Source: Wigglesworthia glossinidia endosymbiont of Glossina brevipalpis (lineage in GTDB: Bacteria > Pseudomonadota > Gammaproteobacteria > Enterobacterales > Enterobacteriaceae). Taken from it: a stretch of 32,000 bases of DNA. The stretch covers positions 30,001-62,000 of the forward strand of contig BA000021.3 in the NCBI GenBank assembly GCA_000008885.1, written 5' to 3'. The notes beneath the pieces were generated by a model. It searched no databases. It saw nothing but the letters and a program-made list of their open reading frames with translations, and was not told the DNA's origin. Both the position numbers and the translations under genes were made by a program. This document shows positions 30,838 to 32,000 of this stretch, in pieces (positions within the stretch are counted from its first letter, which is position 1; each line of letters opens with the position of its first letter).

Positions 30838-32000
30838 TTATATGTTAAAGTTATTAGAGCACAAATTATTTAACTGTAAGCATGATTCTTCATATGAACA
30901 ACTTTGGTTCAAATCCTGTTTTAGATACTTTTCTATTTTAGGATAATTTTTTATTGCTATATCTAAAATCGGATCGCTACCAGAAGAATATGCTCCAACT
31001 GATAATAAATCTCTATTTTTTTGATAACTAGAAATTAACTGTTTTACTTTTTGTACGCACTTAAAATGACTTTCTGTTACTATATTAGACATAGTTCTAC
31101 TTATAGAAGATTCTATATCTATAGAAGGATAATGACCTGATTCTGATAAAAATCTAGACAAAACTATATGACCGTCTAAAATTGATCTAGAAGAATCTGC
31201 AATAGGATCTTGTTGATCATCTCCTTCAGTTAATACAGTGTAAAAAGCTGTGATTGATCCTTTATTATCTGTTCCATTTCCTGTTCTTTCTACTAATTCT
31301 GATAATTTTGCAAATACAGAAGGAGGATACCCTTTTGTTGCTGGAGGTTCCCCTATTGCTAAACTTATTTCCCTTTGAGCCATTGCATATCTAGTTAAAG
31401 AATCCATTATTAAAAGCACATGCTTGCCTTTATCTCTAAAATATTCTGCGATTCTAGTTGCATAAATAGCTCCTTGTATTCTCAACATAGGCGAAACATC
31501 TGCAGGAGCAGCTATTACTACAGATCTAGATATTCCTTTTTCTCCAAGAATATTTTCAATAAAATCTTTTACTTCTCTTCCTCGTTCTCCAATTAGGCCT
31601 ACCACTATAATATCTGCTTTAGTGTATTTTGCCATCATTCCTAAAAGGATACTTTTTCCTACTCCAGACCCAGAAAAAATACCCATTCTTTGCCCTATTC
31701 CTACTGTTAATAATCCATTTATTGCTCTTACCCCTACGTCTAAAACTTTTTTTATAGGATCTCTCAACAAAGGATTTATTGGTTTTGTATATAAAGATTT
31801 TTTTTTATATGTTTTAGGAACAGGTAATTTATCTAAAAATTTTCCTGAGCTGTTTAAAACTCTTCCCAACAAAGAATATCCAATTGGTAATAGTCTAGTA
31901 GATATTTTACTATTGTATAAATCTTGAGAATGTACTCTTGCTCCTGGACATATTCCATCTACTCCTTCTAAAGGCATTAAAAACAAATTTTGACCATTAA
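30838..32000 (-). CDS. fliI: Flagellum-specific ATPase FliI, 5' end beyond the window
   Basis: Walker [18 protein letters not shown], Walker [37 protein letters not shown]. Reading upstream of the ORF-track start gives N-G-Q-N in frame before [11 protein letters not shown], matching enteric FliI ...NGQRLFLMPLE, so the gene is truncated by the window edge and does not start at 31986. Confidence 0.97.
   Translation of the reverse strand, partial: NGQNLFLMPLEGVDGICPGARVHSQDLYNSKISTRLLPIGYSLLGRVLNSSGKFLDKLPVPKTYKKKSLYTKPINPLLRDPIKKVLDVGVRAINGLLTVGIGQRMGIFSGSGVGKSILLGMMAKYTKADIIVVGLIGERGREVKDFIENILGEKGISRSVVIAAPADVSPMLRIQGAIYATRIAEYFRDKGKHVLLIMDSLTRYAMAQREISLAIGEPPATKGYPPSVFAKLSELVERTGNGTDNKGSITAFYTVLTEGDDQQDPIADSSRSILDGHIVLSRFLSESGHYPSIDIESSISRTMSNIVTESHFKCVQKVKQLISSYQKNRDLLSVGAYSSGSDPILDIAIKNYPKIEKYLKQDLNQSCSYEESCLQLNNLCSNNFNI

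Noticed and set aside
30838-31986. N-terminally shortened FliI as a gene-reduction event
   Set aside because: The open frame continues past the start chosen by the ORF track to the end of the window with conserved residues (NGQN before LFLMP), so truncation is a window-edge artefact.
1-32000. CRISPR arrays, mobile elements, prophage, antiphage or toxin-antitoxin modules
   Set aside because: No spaced direct repeats, transposase, integrase or defence-type ORFs; every ORF over about 100 codons on the coding strand maps to a recognised housekeeping or flagellar family.

Overview
This 32 kb window is very AT-rich and gammaproteobacterial. Gene content and extreme AT bias are most consistent with a reduced insect-endosymbiont genome of the Wigglesworthia type (inference from gene content, not a database result). 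Left part: carB (5' end only), carA and dapB on the minus strand; a ydiK-like AI-2E family permease; then rpsL-rpsG-fusA. Positions 7981-32000 are almost entirely one flagellar super-cluster of 29 intact-looking genes: flhD, flhC, motA, motB, flhB, flhA (+); flgN, flgA (-); flgBCDEFGHIJKL (+); fliR, Q, P, O, N, M, L, K, J, I (-, fliI truncated by the window edge). I found no mobile element, CRISPR, tRNA, rRNA, toxin/antiphage module or clearly unknown gene family. The interest lies in how the flagellar system has been pruned. All chemotaxis genes are missing between motB and flhB. FliM lacks its N-terminal CheY-binding motif. There is no flgM between flgA and flgN, although flhDC is retained. 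FlgJ has lost its peptidoglycan-hydrolase domain. The FlhB autocleavage motif reads NPTN instead of NPTH. flhE is absent, and tuf is absent after fusA. I do not see evidence for a wholly new biological system.
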